From Somniosus microcephalus (Eukaryota): a DNA stretch of 64,000 nucleotides. Below the pieces are notes generated by a model, which did not search any database, was not told the origin of the DNA, and saw nothing but the letters and a program-made list of their open reading frames with translations. The stretch lies in the NCBI GenBank assembly GCA_052327205.1, contig CM126206.1, positions 81,778,001 through 81,842,000 on the forward strand, written 5' to 3'. Every line of letters starts with the position of its first letter. The stretch's first letter is position 1. Positions 35,629 to 48,995 of the stretch are shown here, piece by piece. The translations under genes were made by a program, and so were the position numbers.

Positions 35629-38600
35629 ATGGCCAGCCAGAGACCTAGGTCGGCACCCCACTTTGATGACGTTGCCCTGCAGGCTTTAGTAGAGGGAGCA
35701 AGAGCAAATAAAGAGGTGCTCTTCCCTTCTTCAGGGAGGAAGAAGCCTCCCCAGCAAACCAAGGCTGTGTGGATCCAGGTGGCAGAGGAGGTCAACTTTT
35801 TGTCAATAACCTGCAGAACCTGGCTTCAGTGCAGGAAGAGGTTTCATGACCTTCTGCGCACTGGAAAAGTGAGTATGAATTTCCCATCACCCTCAATCTG
35901 ATCCCCACTGCCTCTCCTCACCAGCACTCAGCTTTAGCAATCTCTTCCTCCACATCCCACTAGACATGGACATCCATGCACCCTTATCCATTCCCTCTCT
36001 CTCTATGGTCACATTCACCTATCTATTCGACTATGCAGCCCTCACACTCCCTGTGATGCAATTACAACTTACAACACACAGGGAGGGCCCTTGGTCTTGC
36101 CATCTCACTCCATCTTTGTCTCCTTCTAAGCATCTATGCTATGGATTCTCTACACTCACACATTCATTCTCACTCAAACTCCACTTGTCTCCCTCATTGC
36201 AGTAAAAGAGAGCTCACAATAAGAGGGAAAGAGCGAGGACAGGAGGAGGGCCACCCTCATTAGCCCAGCACACCACCTGGGAGGAGGCGGTCCTGGAGAT
36301 CGTGGGAGTGGAGGAAGATTCCCAAGTGGGGGACGGACAGACGGGCGCATCACAGCAAGCTGGTGACAGAATAGTTTTCCATCTCTCTCAATGTCATTGC
36401 ATGAGTCACTGATAATGATTCTGAAGCTCTAACAGATGGACTTATGATCATCTGCAATATGCAATGTGCATGTAACCTTGGCCTCACATCTCTGACTCTT
36501 TCCTTTACTCCCCAACAGGATCATCGCAAGCACCCGTCCCCACTATCCAGGAGGAAGACCATCAGCCTCAAGACTCCTCAGAGGAAGCTGAAACCTCTGA
36601 GGACACAGCGCCAGCAGAATTCACCGCACCCAGCACCAGCGCAGACACTCACACCTCGGAGGGAACATCGCAAAATAGTAGTGTTGTCACTTGGTGTATC
36701 ACAGCTCACAAGTGAGCATCAGCAGATTGTGCAGACAGGGACAGCAATGGAGAGTCCTAGTCAGAGGGCACAGGACTCTGCCAGCTCAGCTCATAGAAAC
36801 ATAGAAGATAGGAGCAGGAGTAGGCCATTCGGCCCTTCGAGCCTGCTCCGCCATTCAATGAGATCATGGCTGATCATCCAAATTCAGTACCCTGTCCCTG
36901 CCTTCTCCCCGTATCCCTTGATCCCTTTAGCCTCAAGAAATATATCCAACTCCTTCTTGAATATATTTAATGAATTGGCCTCCACTGCGTTCCGTGGTAG
37001 AGAATTCCATAGGTTCACCACTCTCTGGGTGAAGAAATTCCTCCTCATCTCTGTCCTAAATAGCTTACCCCTTATCCTTAGACTGTGACCCCTGGTTCTG
37101 GACTCTCCAGCCATCGGGAACATCCTTCCTGCATCCAGTCTCTCCAGTCCTGTTAGAATTTTATAAGTTTCAATGAGATCCCCTCTCATTCTTCTAAACT
37201 CCAGCAAGTATAAGCCCAATCGACCCAATCTCTCCTCATACGTCATTCCTGCCATCCCAGGTAGCAGTCTGGTGAATCTTTGCTGCACTCCCTCCATGGC
37301 AAGAACATCCTTCCTCAGATAAGGCGACCAAAACTGCACACAATACTCAAGGTGTGGTCTCACCAAGGCCCCGTACAATTGCAGCAAGACATCCTTGTTC
37401 CTGTACTCGAATCCTCTCGCTATGAAGGCCAACATACCATTTGCCTTCTTAACCGCCTGCAGCACCTGTATGCTTACCTTCAGCGACTGGTGCACAAGGA
37501 CACCCAGGTCTCGTTGCACGTCCCCTTCTCCCAATCTATTGCCGTTCAGATAATAATCTGCCTTCCTGTTTTTGCCACCAAAGTGGATAACCTCGCATTT
37601 ATCCACATTATATTGCATCTGCCATGCTTCTGCCCAATCACCCAACCTGTCCAAATCATACTGGAGTTTCTCGGCATCCTCACAACACACACGCCCACCC
37701 AGCTTTGTATCATCTGCAAACTTGGAGATATTACATCTAGTTCCCTCATCTAGATCATTTATATATATTGTGAATAGTTGGGGTCCTAGGACCGATCCCT
37801 GCGGTACCCCATTAGTCACTGCCTGCCACTCGGAAAAAGAGCCATTTATTCCAACTCTTTGCTCCCTGTCTGCCAACCAGTTCTTTATCCAAGTCAGTAC
37901 CTTGCCCCCAATCCCATGTGCCTTAACTTTACACGCTAATCTCTTATGCGGGCCCTTATCGAAAGCCTTCTGAAAGTCCAAATACACCACATCCACTGGT
38001 TCTAGTCTACCAGTTACATCCTCAAAAAATTCCAGTAGATTAGTCAAGCACGATTTACCTTTTGTAAATCCATGTTGACTTTGTCCGATCCTGTCAGTTT
38101 TCCAAGTGCTCTGCTATTAAATCTTTTATAATGGACTCTAGCATTTTCCCCACTACCGATGTCAGGCTTACCGGCCTATAATTCCCCGTTTTCTCTCTAC
38201 CACCTTTTTGAATAGTGGTGTAACATTAGCTACTCTCCAATCAATGGGAACTGTTCCAGAGTCTATCGAATGTTGGAAGATGACCAGCAATGCATCTACT
38301 ATTTCTAGGGCCACTTCCTTAAGTACCCTAGGATGTAGATTATCAGGCCCTGGGGATTTATTGGCCTTCAATCCCATCAATTTCCCTGTCACCATTTCCC
38401 TACAAATACTGATTTCTTTCAGTTCCTCCCTCTCATTAGACCCTATGTTCCCCGACATCTCTGGGAGGTTATTTGTGTCCTCCTTTGTGAAGACAGAACC
38501 AAAGTATGTATTTAATTGGTCTGCCATTTCTTTGTTCCCCATTATAAATTCCCCTGATTCTGACTGCAAGGGACTTACGCTTGTCTTCACCAATCTTTTT

Positions 38601-40157
38601 CTCTTCACATATCTATAAAAGCTTTTAGTCAGTTTTTATGTTCCCTGCAAGCTTTCTCTCATACTCTATTTTCCCCCTCTTAATTAATCCCTTTGTCCTC
38701 CGTTGCTGAATCCTAAACTGCTCCCAATCCTCAGGTTTACTGCTTTTTCTGGCCAATTTATATGTCTTCTCCATGGATCTTATGCTATCCCTAATTTCCC
38801 TTGTTAGCCATGGTTGAGTCACCTTTTTTGTTTTATTTTTATGCCAAACAGGGATGAACAAATTCTGTAGTTCATCCATGTGATCTTTGAATGTTTGCCA
38901 TTGCCTATCCACCGTCAACCCTTTGAGTAACATTCCCCAATCAATCCTATCCAACTCGCGCCTCATACCATCATAGTTTCCTTTTTTAAATTCAGGACCC
39001 TAGTCTCTGAGTCAACTACTTCACTCTCCATCTTAATGAAGAATTCTATCATATTATGATCACTCCGACCCAAGGGGCCTCGCACAAGATTGCTAATTAA
39101 TCCTTTCTCATTACATAATACCCAGTCTAAGATGGCCTGATCTCTAGTTGGTTCCTCGACATATTGATCCAGGAAACCATCTCGTATACACTCCAGGAAT
39201 TCCTCCTCCACAGTATTGTTACTAATTTGGTTAGCCCAATCTATATGTAGATTAAAGTCACCCATGATAACTGCTGTGCCCTTATTGCACGCATCTCTAA
39301 TTTCCCGTTTAATGCCATCCCCAACCTCCGCATTACTGTTTGGAGGTCTGTATACCACTCCCACTAACATTTTCTGCCCCTTGGTATTTCTCAGTTCTAC
39401 CCATACAGATTCCACATCATCAGAGCTAATATCCTTCCTTACTATTGTGTTAATCCCCTCTTTAACCAGCAATGCTACCCCACCTCCTGCTCAGCTGCAT
39501 GTCGACCCTCTGCCTCTGGGTCTATCCATAAGATCAGCAGTGCTGGAATGCCAGGAACAGATGCAGGAGTCTCTGGCAGGTTTTGTCTCCAGGGTCACTG
39601 CGAGTGTGGAGTGAATGGAGGAGTCCATTTTGAATATGAGCAGAGCCTTTGTGGAGTCATTGGCACATGAACGCATCACCACGGAAAGGATGGCAACCTC
39701 CATGGAGGTAATAAGTCGCCAGAGTGCAGAAAACATGGTAAGTGCTCTGAATAGAATGACATCTCTGAAGGAGCGATGGTCATCTACTGAGCAGAGAAAC
39801 CAGACCTTCATGGAAGTCCTTCTGAGTAGGACTGTCAGTGCAGATACGGGTCCCCATGGCCCCCCTGATGTGCAGCAAGCTGCTCTCAAGCCACTTTCAA
39901 GCGCTGAGGGGGACCTAACCCATGAGAGGGAAGTTGGTGGCAAACATCAAGGAAGTGGGGGCTCCTCTCCAAGCGCTCACACTTCCATGCCACTGCAGAG
40001 CCCTCAGTCAGAGCCCCACCAGAGTCCACACCCAACTGAGATCAGCGTCTCAACCCCTGCACAGCCGCAGGAGCAGCAGACTGTTGCCGAGCCCTCAGGT
40101 TCGCAACCCCAGAGGATGCCCGCCAAAGGTGTCGAGACAGGAGCAGCAAGAAAGTGA
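35629..40157 (+). pseudogene. Harbinger Myb/SANT gene, disrupted
   Basis: Exon 1 at 35629-35868 (FDDVALQALVEG...VLFP...W...RTWLQCRKRFHDL, donor GTGAGT). Exon 2 begins at 36203 with TAA. Exon 3 from about 36519 is interrupted by CR1 and has a stop near 39612. Confidence 0.78.
36792..39488 (-). mobile_element. CR1 LINE (part of AP endonuclease plus RT), 5'-truncated, inserted in Harbinger Myb exon 3
   Basis: APE motifs VYRPP, MGDFN, LDWVL, SDHN (38963-39472). RT in ORF 36884-38047. Intact tail (CATAGAAACATAGAAG on +) at 36792. GCTCAGCT occurs on both sides. Confidence 0.94.
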
Positions 40158-40494
40158 GCAAGGGGCCTCCACATCTGCTGAAGCCACAGGGGAAGCACCA
40201 CGTAGGAGCACGCGTAAGAGAAAGATACTGCAAATAGTCACAAGGGTAGTCACTTGGGTGAAATTTGATGTTTTATGTTAAAAAGCCATCAGATGAGTAC
40301 TCTAAATAAAAAATCTGATGGCTACTGCTGTAGTTGTGGCATGTGTCATTTCGCGAATGGGACTTCCACATTGAGGGCATAGGATTACTTGCAATTGTCA
40401 GTATGGTGGTCAAATTGCTAGGAATCCGTTGGTTCTTGGCCACTGTCGATGCTCAGGTAAGAAGCTGCGAGGCAAAAGTGCTTGATTGGCTAGG

Positions 40495-41737
40495 CTAAGC
40501 AAATCTGGCCAAGATGAGTGCATACCTGGCAGCAATGTTCTCGCGTACTGCTGCCGCTGGTTGATGGGCCTCTGCAAGATGTTCGTTTTCGCTTTCTTCC
40601 TCCTCCTCATCTGAAGAGGATATGTGACGAGCCACTTGGTCCTCAGGAATCTGCAAGCCACGGCGCTGTGCCATGTTGTGAAGTGCACAGCAAACCATGA
40701 CAATACTGGAGACCCTGGCTGCTGAGTACTGCGGGGCTCCACCTGATCTATCCAGGCATCTGAAGCGCATCTTCAGCAAACTGATGGTTTGCTTGATTAT
40801 GGCTCTGGTGGACATGTGACTGGAATTGTAGCTCTCTTCAGCTTCGTTGGATGGGCTCCTCAACGGCATCATTAGCCACGTCTTCAGGTGATAGCCCTTG
40901 TCTCCAAGTAGCCATCCGTTAAGTTGATCTGGCGGACTGAATAGCGGAGGCACACTAGACTGGCGCAGTATGAAGGAGTCATGGCAACTGCCAGGGGGCT
41001 TGGCACAAACATGCAAAATTTCTTCTTGTGGTCACACACCAGCTGAACGTTAAGGGAGTGGAAGCCCTTGCGGTTGACAAAAATACCTGAATTGCAATGG
41101 GGTGCCTTAAGAGCCACATGTGTGCAGTTCGCGAGAGCATTGCTGCCCTGGATGCAACAACGCCCTGCACCCTTGGAAAGCCTGCCAGATTAGCTAATCC
41201 AACCGCACACGCCGTGACACTTGCTTGATCCTTGGTGAAATGGATGTGATTGTGCGTGATGGCAAAGATGGCATCGGTTACCTGCGTGATGCAAGTATGT
41301 GCACTCGCCTGGGAGATGCCGCTGATGTCGGCTGCTGATCCCTGGAATGAGCCTGAGGCAAAAAAGTTGAGTGCGGTGTTGACTTTGATGGCCACTGGTA
41401 AGGGTTGTCCACCTGGTCCTCTGGGCTCCAGGTCTTGTTGCAGCATTGCGCAGATGTCACCCACTACCTCTCACGAAAGTCGGAGCCGCCTTTGGCACTG
41501 CTGCTCAGACATGTTGAGGTAGCTGACCCTGTGTCTGTAGACTCTGTTTGGGGGGTATCTCCTGCACCGACGGGCTTCCATGCGCTGGCCCCTTCTGGCC
41601 TGTGCAGCTTCAGGTGGGTGAGCAGCAGCTTGGCGCTCCTGCTGGTGCTGCTGCTGTTGTTCATGGTTCTGCTGGTGCCGCGGCTGGTCTTCGTCATCAT
41701 CTGATGTCCAGAAGGGAAGGAAATTAATGCCTCCCAT
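40495..41737 (-). pseudogene. Harbinger transposase with about three frameshifts
   Basis: Fragments in different frames: [62 protein letters not shown]. Confidence 0.9.
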
Positions 41738-42459
41738 GCGTCTAGTATATGCCTCAGTTGAGGAAGCGCTCAGTCAAGGTGGCGAGAGGGGTTTCCCAAG
41801 AGGTCACACTGGAGATGGGTGTCAGGCTCCAAACTTCCACAGCTGTGGTTATGCCTTCTAAAAGTTCCCCCAAACCTGAGACAACAAAGTCCTGCCACCT
41901 GCAAATGATGGATGATCAAATCTCCTATTTAATGGTTGAACTGCAGCTGATAGTCAGCAGTCCAATTGTGCTACTGCCAGGTTTCACCGTTGTGTTTCAG
42001 AACAGGCGTGCTTCACGTCGGAAAAGGACTAAAATCACAAAGGCCTATCAAAATGGCATTATAGAGACAATTTAGAGCTTGTTAAGGGCCTATCCCGCCT
42101 CTTAGAGGCGGGACGGAGACGGGACCAGTAGACACGATTTAATGAAAATTGCTTGGAGGCGGGATGGGGCCCGCCAGTTTTTGCAATTTTAACACCCCAC
42201 ACGCCTCCAATCCCACCTCAACGGCCCGATGAAATTCGAGCCCCTGGTGTCCCATTTTCCTGTTCCTCCCCACACCCACCCCGCACTTCCTTTACCCAAG
42301 AAGAAAAGGTAGAGGTGAGTCCATTTAGTCATGCCCTTACAAATTATCCTAAGTGTGGAAGGAAAGTTAGCACAGCGACTTCACATTTCAAAAATGAGAG
42401 AAAAATTTCTGCTATGCCCATTGACATAATTCATCTTACAGTCTATTCGAAAGCCATAA

Positions 42460-42629
42460 TGCCAACGTCAGTGTTCTCGCTCAGGCCAACATCCCTAGCA
42501 TCGAAGCTTTGATCACACTCGATCAGCTCTGATGAACGGGCCACATCGTCCGCATGCCCGATACGAGACTCCCAAAACAAGCACTCTACTTGGAGCTCCA
42601 ACACGGCAAGAGAGCCCCAGGTGGGCAGA
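42460..42629 (+). mobile_element. RTE-clade LINE fragment
   Basis: Translates as NVSVLAQANIPSIEAL...GHIVRMPDTRLPKQALYLELQHGKRAPGGQ, typical of the RTE ORF C-terminus. Confidence 0.7.
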
Positions 42630-44651
42630 TCAGGGGACCCTGGAGGTCAGAATCTCGGGACAGGGAGCCTCGGCGATTGGGGTGGCGACTGTGGTAAATT
42701 TTTACCTTTTATTTAAAAAATTGTAGGCGATGCTTAGGGTTGGTTTTCTGCCCCAGGAAAAAAAAATGTTGCAACAGCGACCTGAAGCAGGTTTTAGGCC
42801 CCTTATTTATGCATGCAAAGGGCCTAATGACTGCTTCAGGCGTCGGTAATGGGTGCCGCTTGTTTGTCCTTACCCAAGGACAAACCCAATATGCGTGCTT
42901 CCTAGTCGCCATTTTAGGGCCTTAGGAGGCCAAATAACGCTCGAAAGATGTGCGCTATGCAGCCCAGTTTAACCCCCCATTATGTTCTTTGTCTGCCACT
43001 CAAATCACTCCAATTTCTAAAGTGGCATTACTGCTTGCAGCCAACAGTTCCCAATTGGTTAGGCCCACAATGGGCACCCCTACCAAATGTCTCGGAACAA
43101 TTCAAATGAAGATGACACAATCCCGGTAGAAGCCAGTGATGATCTAGGGCGAGAATGTAACAAGGGGATCTATTGAAGAACGTTTTCCCCAAATCCCATG
43201 GCCTCTATCATTCCTCATAAGGCCACTCCCCGCTATCAAAGGCCTTGTCAGCATCTAAAGAGAGTGCGAGGCTGACACAGCCCAGACTAAATGTTGTTGA
43301 GAGGCTGCTTGACATTATTATAAGAGTACCCGCATGAGGTTTTTTTTTGTTAAGTGAATAATTTTAATTACCATTTTTAAAATAGGAGAAGGGTTGCATG
43401 TATCACAACTTTAATAATTCAAAAAGCATTATCTGCACAGTGATTAGATCTACGTACAAATTGATAAAATTGTGATCCTTCAAAGGCCAGTAGTTCCAAC
43501 AAGTACACTTAAATATCAGTATGGCTTGAAATAATGTATACAAAACTATGTGAAGAAAATAGAATGTCTTAATCAGTTTGTAAAGGGTAAATTTAAAGAT
43601 GTGTGACTTTGAACAAAGGATTGAATTCCAGCTTCTATCTATTTCATTTGATATTGAAGAGATTGAATTAAAATTCATTAATGTTCCAGACTTCATATAT
43701 TGTGTGTGCTTTTAGGTATTTAAAGTTTAACTGCAGCAGCTGTCGAGCAACTCTGAAGTAACTATGCTCAAAGCACTGGTTGATTTGACACAGAATGACC
43801 CCCATCCATTATCAGCCATTTTTGTGCCAATATAAACTAAAAACAAGATGGCTGGTTTTGTGGGTTAGCAATAGTTCCCTAAAACAAAACAACCAGTGAA
43901 TGCAAAACTCTTGGCCTCATAACAAACACAAAGAGGATGCTTCTTATTGTGGACCAGGCTGCATTTAGAATTTTCAATTCCAGTAAAATCATCTTTAAAA
44001 GAAGAGTACTCCTCAGCTCTGCGAAGTGTTTATAAACTAAATTTCATTTATTCACATCCTCACAAATCGTCCCAAGCAAGGTAGGATCCATAAAGGACAA
44101 GGTGCAACTGACAATTGGATTCTATTTTGTATTTTTCTCTCCCTCCAGTTTCTCACTCTGATTATTCTCCCCACCCACCCCACCCCACCCCTAACTTTCC
44201 CATTTTAAGACTGCAACTCTTGTGTGAATCCTTCCATGAATCACTGGCAGCTTTTGGATCACATGATCATAAGATAATTAGAGATGAGGGAGATCATTCA
44301 GCAGCACACAATCGGTTCTTACATGGTTCCAGGATTTCCACTATTCTAACTGGGAGCCCATTCTGCTGGCTGGTCACGCCAAGTAAGCATTCTTCAGATG
44401 CGGATTTTGGTAGGCTAATCAACACTGGATGGTCACCACAGCCTCACCTAGTCCCCTTCAACCCAAATCCAATCATGCCCACTTCCAGCAGGTTTTGGAG
44501 GACAGCAACCAGGAATGGGAAGCCTGGGCTATGAGCACTGATGACAACTGTAGTCCTCCCCACTACCACACAGCTTTATTTTTATTTTTCTCTCTGTAAA
44601 GCATCTGGAACATTTTACTATCTTAAAGGCAGTGGCAATGATGGTGATAAG

Positions 44652-47600
44652 TGATGCGCCTCAATAACTTCAAGGCTCAAAGTTAACTGGATAAAACAAG
44701 GCTTTTATTAGCAAAGAAAGATGCCTGTGTCTTCACCTAGCATTCTGCTGTTCTGCTGCAAGACCAGCCTGGGCTTGTCTTAAGTAGGGCCAGGTATGGG
44801 CGGAGCCGACACACCCAATGGGGAGAAAGGGGGCGGTGCACTATATACAATACAAGGTAAAACACCGGAGCAGGCAATACAATATATGTAGTTAAATACA
44901 GAGTCTGATGAATGACATATTTCATCACATTCACCCCTTCTACAGATTTAGTCTGTCCGGGGGTGTGATAGTCCTCTGTAACGGTTGCGGTGCCGCGGGT
45001 GCCGGCTGGGTGTCCCGGGTGACCTCCTGGGTCTCTGCCGGGGGCGCCACCGGGGTTGTTAAAGGAGTAGGTGGTGGGGGTACCGTTGGCTGGTGTTCTT
45101 CCGGGGGTGATGAAAGAATAGTGGGTGGAGTGGGTGGGTAATAGTTGTTGTGGTTGTTGTCGTTGTTGCTGTCGTTGTCGTTGTCGCTGTTGTTACCGGC
45201 TGGGGCGAGGTCTTTTATGGACACAGTGTCCTCCCATCCGTCGGCATGCCGGACATACGCATATTGTGGGTTGGCGTGGAGCAGGTGCACTGGCTCCACG
45301 AGAGGGTCCGTCTTGTGGCCCCTCACATGCTTCCGCAAAAGTACCGGACCTGGGGTGGAGAGCCATGACGGTATGGATACGCCTGAGGTGGATTTCCAGG
45401 GAAACACAAACATTAGCTCATGAGGCGTGGCATTAGTGGCGGTACACAATAGTGACCGTATTGAGTGGAGCACATCTGGGAGGACTTCCTGCCAGCGGGA
45501 GATAGGGAGGCCCTTGGTCCTTAGAGTTAGGGTGACTGCCCGCCATACTGTCCCGTTCTCTCGCTTCACCTGACCGTTACCCCGGGGGTTGTAGCTGGTG
45601 GTACGGCTCGTGGCAATCCCCTTGGACAGCATGTACTGGCGTAGCTCTTCACTCATGAAGGACGCCCCCCTATCCGTGTGGATATAGCTTGGCATACCGA
45701 ACAGGCAGAACAGGCTGTTGAGGCATTTAATGATCATGGCGCTGGTCATGTCTGGGCAGGGGAAGGCGAATGGGAAACGGGAGTATTCGTCCACAATGTT
45801 CAGGAAGTAAACATTGCGGTCGACGGACGGGAGGGGCCCTTGAAATCTAAGCTAAGCCGCTCAAAGGGCCGTGTAGCTTTGATTAGGTGGGCTCTATCAG
45901 GGCGGTAGAACCGAGGCTTGCACTCAGCGCAAGTGCGGCAGTTCCTGGTCAGGGACCGAACTTCCTCAATCGAGTAGGGTAAGTTGCGGGACTTTATGAA
46001 GTGGAACAGCCGTGTGACCCCTGGGTGGCAGAGGTCGTTGTGGAGGGTCTGTAGCCGATCCCCGGTGGCTTTGGCACACATCCCTCGTGAGAGGGCGTCG
46101 GGGGATTCGTTAAGGGCCCCCGGCCGGTATATGATGTCGTACTCGAAGGTGGAGAGCTCGATCCGCCACCTAAGAATCTTATCATTTTTAATCTTCCCCC
46201 TCTGTTTATTATTGACCATAAACGCTACCGACCGCTGGTCGGTAAGTAGGGTGAAGCGTTTGCCGGCTAGGTGGTGCCGCCAGTGGCGCACTGCCTCCAC
46301 GATGGCTTGGGCCTCCCCACGGAGGAGTGTCTGATCTCGGGCCCCTGGAGGGTCCTCGAGAAGAAAGCTACGGGCCGCCCCGCCTGGTTGAGGGTGGCCG
46401 CCAAGGCAAAGTCAGACGCATCACTTTCCACTTGAAAGGGAGTGTTCTCGTCCACTGCCTGTAGCGTGGCCCGCTCAATATCCTGCTTAATGCTTTTGAA
46501 GGCAGCATGGGCCTCAGCAGAGAGCGGGAAAGAGGATGCTTTCAAGAAGGGGCGGGCTTTATCGGAGTAGTTAGGGACCCATTGGGCATAATACGAGAAT
46601 AACCCCAGGCACCTTTTCAGGGCTTTGGGAGTGTTGGGCAGGGGCAGCGCCCGTAGGGGGCGCAATCGGTCGGGGTCTGGTCCGATTTCCCCATTCTCCA
46701 CCACGCTGCCTAGTATGCAGAGGCGCGTGGTGTTGTAAACGCACTTGTCCTCGTTGTAGTTGAGGTTGAGTTTTTGTGCGGTTTTCTGAAACCTCGCGAG
46801 GTTTGAGTCGTGGTCCTGTTGGTTGTGGCCGCAGATGGTGACGTTGTCGAGATAGGGGAAGGTTGCCTGCAAGTGGTGGTCATCGACCATGCGGTCCATC
46901 TCCCTCTGAAAGACCGAGACCCCATTCGTCACCCCAAAGGGGACTCTGAGGAACTGGTAGAGGCGTCCGTTTGCCTCGAAGGCGGTGTACGAACGGTCCT
47001 CTGGTCTGATAGGGAGCTGGTGGTACGCTGACCTGAGGTCGATAGTGGAGAACACCCGGTATTGGGCGATTTGGTTCACCATCTCGGATATGCGGGGGAG
47101 CGGGTAGGCGTCTAGTTGGGTATAGATGTTGACTGTTTGACTATAGTCAATCACCATCCGCTTCTTCTCGCTACCCCTCACCACCACCACTTGGGCGCGC
47201 CACGGGCTGTTGCTGCGTTCAATAATGCACTCCCTCAGGAGCCTGTCTACCTCGGTCGCGATAAACCGCCTGTCCTCCCAGCTGTACCTCCTGCTTTTGG
47301 TCGCTATTGGCCGGCAGTTAGGGGTAAGGTTCGCGAATAGCGAAGGCGGCTTTACCTTCAGGGTAGCCAGACCGCACACTGTGAGGGGCGGCTGGGTCCC
47401 ACAGAAATTGAGCGTGATGCTTTGGTGGTGGCACTGAAAATCCAGGCCCAAGATCACGCTCACACATAAATCCTTCATAATTAACAGTTTAAAATTATTA
47501 TATACAGTGCCTTTAACGGACAATCGTACCGCGCAGTAACCCGCAATAGTCGATATCTGGGTTTTGTCGGCCATAGAGATCGTGGCCTGAGTAGGGACTA

Positions 47601-48990
47601 TAGTTAGAGTCGTTGTACCAGACCAGGGTGAATGAAGCTCTCCGTGCTCCCGCTGTCAATTAAACATTTAACCTTGCACCCATTTACCTCGATGTCCACC
47701 ATCGATTTGGATAGTGGGTGCGGTCTGGACTGGTCCACTGTGATCGACGCCACTGTAGGGCCCTGATCGGGACAAGATGGTGGGCCACACGAGGCCGGGT
47801 AAGATGGCGTCCACGATGTCTGCTCGCGAGATGGCGGACCCCACGAGGTCGGACAAGATGGCGTCCAAGATGGCCACTCCCACGGCGCGCACGCGGCGGT
47901 GGCGGGTTTGCCTGCGGGGTTCCCTCTGCACACCTTCCCAAAGTGCCCCTTCTTACCGCACTTACAGCAGGTGGTGCCTTTCACCGGGCACAGGTTCCTG
48001 GTGTGCTTCGGCTGCCCGCAGAAGTAGCATTTGGGGCCCCGATGCGTCGCGGCGGTCGTAGGGCTTCTGGGGGGAGAGCAGGGCCCCGACGGTGTTGGGC
48101 TACCGGGCGGGGAAGCAGAGGCGGCGTGGGCCGCACGGCCTGACGAGTAGGAGTCAGAGTTCTTCTGATCCACATCCAGCGATCGCGCTGTGTCCACAGC
48201 CTGTGTCAGATCTAGGCCCGTTTTCTCTAGCAGTCTCTGCCGGATGTAATTAGAGCTAAGGCCTGCGATAAAGGCATCCCGAATAAGCTCGTCTGTGTAT
48301 ACCGTGGCTTTCACGTCTTTGCATTTGCAGTCTTTGCCAAGCACTTTTAGGGTGACTAGAAAGTCCTCTAGCGACTCCCCGGGTCGCTGTGTGCAGGTAG
48401 CAAGCAGATGCCTGGCGTACACCTCGTTGGTAGGCCACTGATAGTGGGCCTTTAGAATGTTGTAGGCGTCCAGGTAGGTGGCGGCATCTTGGATGAGTGG
48501 AAAAACCCGGTGGCTTACCCGATTCTGCAGGATCCCGAGTTTCACATCTCCGGTGGCTTTAGAGGCTGTGACGGCTTCGGAGTTGGCCATAAAAAATTCC
48601 AAGCACTGGAACTAGTGTCCAAACCGTGCCGATGCATCCGAAGCATGCGGGTCCAAATCCAAGCGTTCCGGTTTCAAAAGTTGATCCATCGTTGAAAGTT
48701 TGCTAATAAAATTGATGCGCCTCAATAACTTCAAGGCTCAAAGTTAACTGGATAAAACAAGGCTTTTATTAGCAAAGAAAGATGCCTGTGTCTTCACCTA
48801 GCTTTCTGCTGTTCTGCTGCAAGACAAGCCTGGGCTTGTCTTAAGTAGGGCCAGGTATGGGCGGAGCCGACACACCCAATGGGGAGAAAGGGGGCGGTGC
48901 ACTATGTACAATACAAGGTAAAACACCGGAGCAGGCAATACAATATATGTAGTTAAATACAGAGTCTGATGAATGACATATTTCATCACA
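44652..48990 (-). mobile_element. Full-length Gypsy (Mag-like) LTR retrotransposon #2, without a tRNA primer-binding site
   Basis: 278-bp TG...CA LTRs at 44652-44929 and 48713-48990 (3 differences by eye). 5-bp TSD ATAAG. PPT AGAAGGGGTGAA (44941-44930). No TGG motif after the 5' LTR. Confidence 0.96.
44940..48689 (-). pseudogene. gag-pol of Gypsy #2
   Basis: ATG at 48689 (MDQLLKPERLDLDP). Two CCHC knuckles, LIDSGS protease, YLDN RT, SDASDF RNase H, HHCC zinc finger and integrase core. Stops near 48612 and 47604, frameshifts near 46310 and 45830. Confidence 0.9.
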
Positions 48991-48995
48991 ATAAG

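Larger units (their letters stand above)
35350..42243. mobile_element. Full-length but decayed PIF/Harbinger transposon with a nested CR1
   Basis: CTG TSD (35347-35349 / 42244-42246). Imperfect TIRs GGGCTGGATTTTGAT / ATGAAATTCGAGCCC. Myb gene on + and transposase on -. Confidence 0.9.

Noticed and set aside
36784-39496. 8-bp TSD GCTCAGCT for the nested CR1
   Set aside because: The sister element near 9244 already has GCTCAGCTCAGCT, so the true duplication may be only 3 bp. The length is ambiguous.
45143-45194. Asn/Asp-rich insertion as a new integrase domain
   Set aside because: It is a simple (AAC/GAC)n microsatellite in the variable C-terminal linker.
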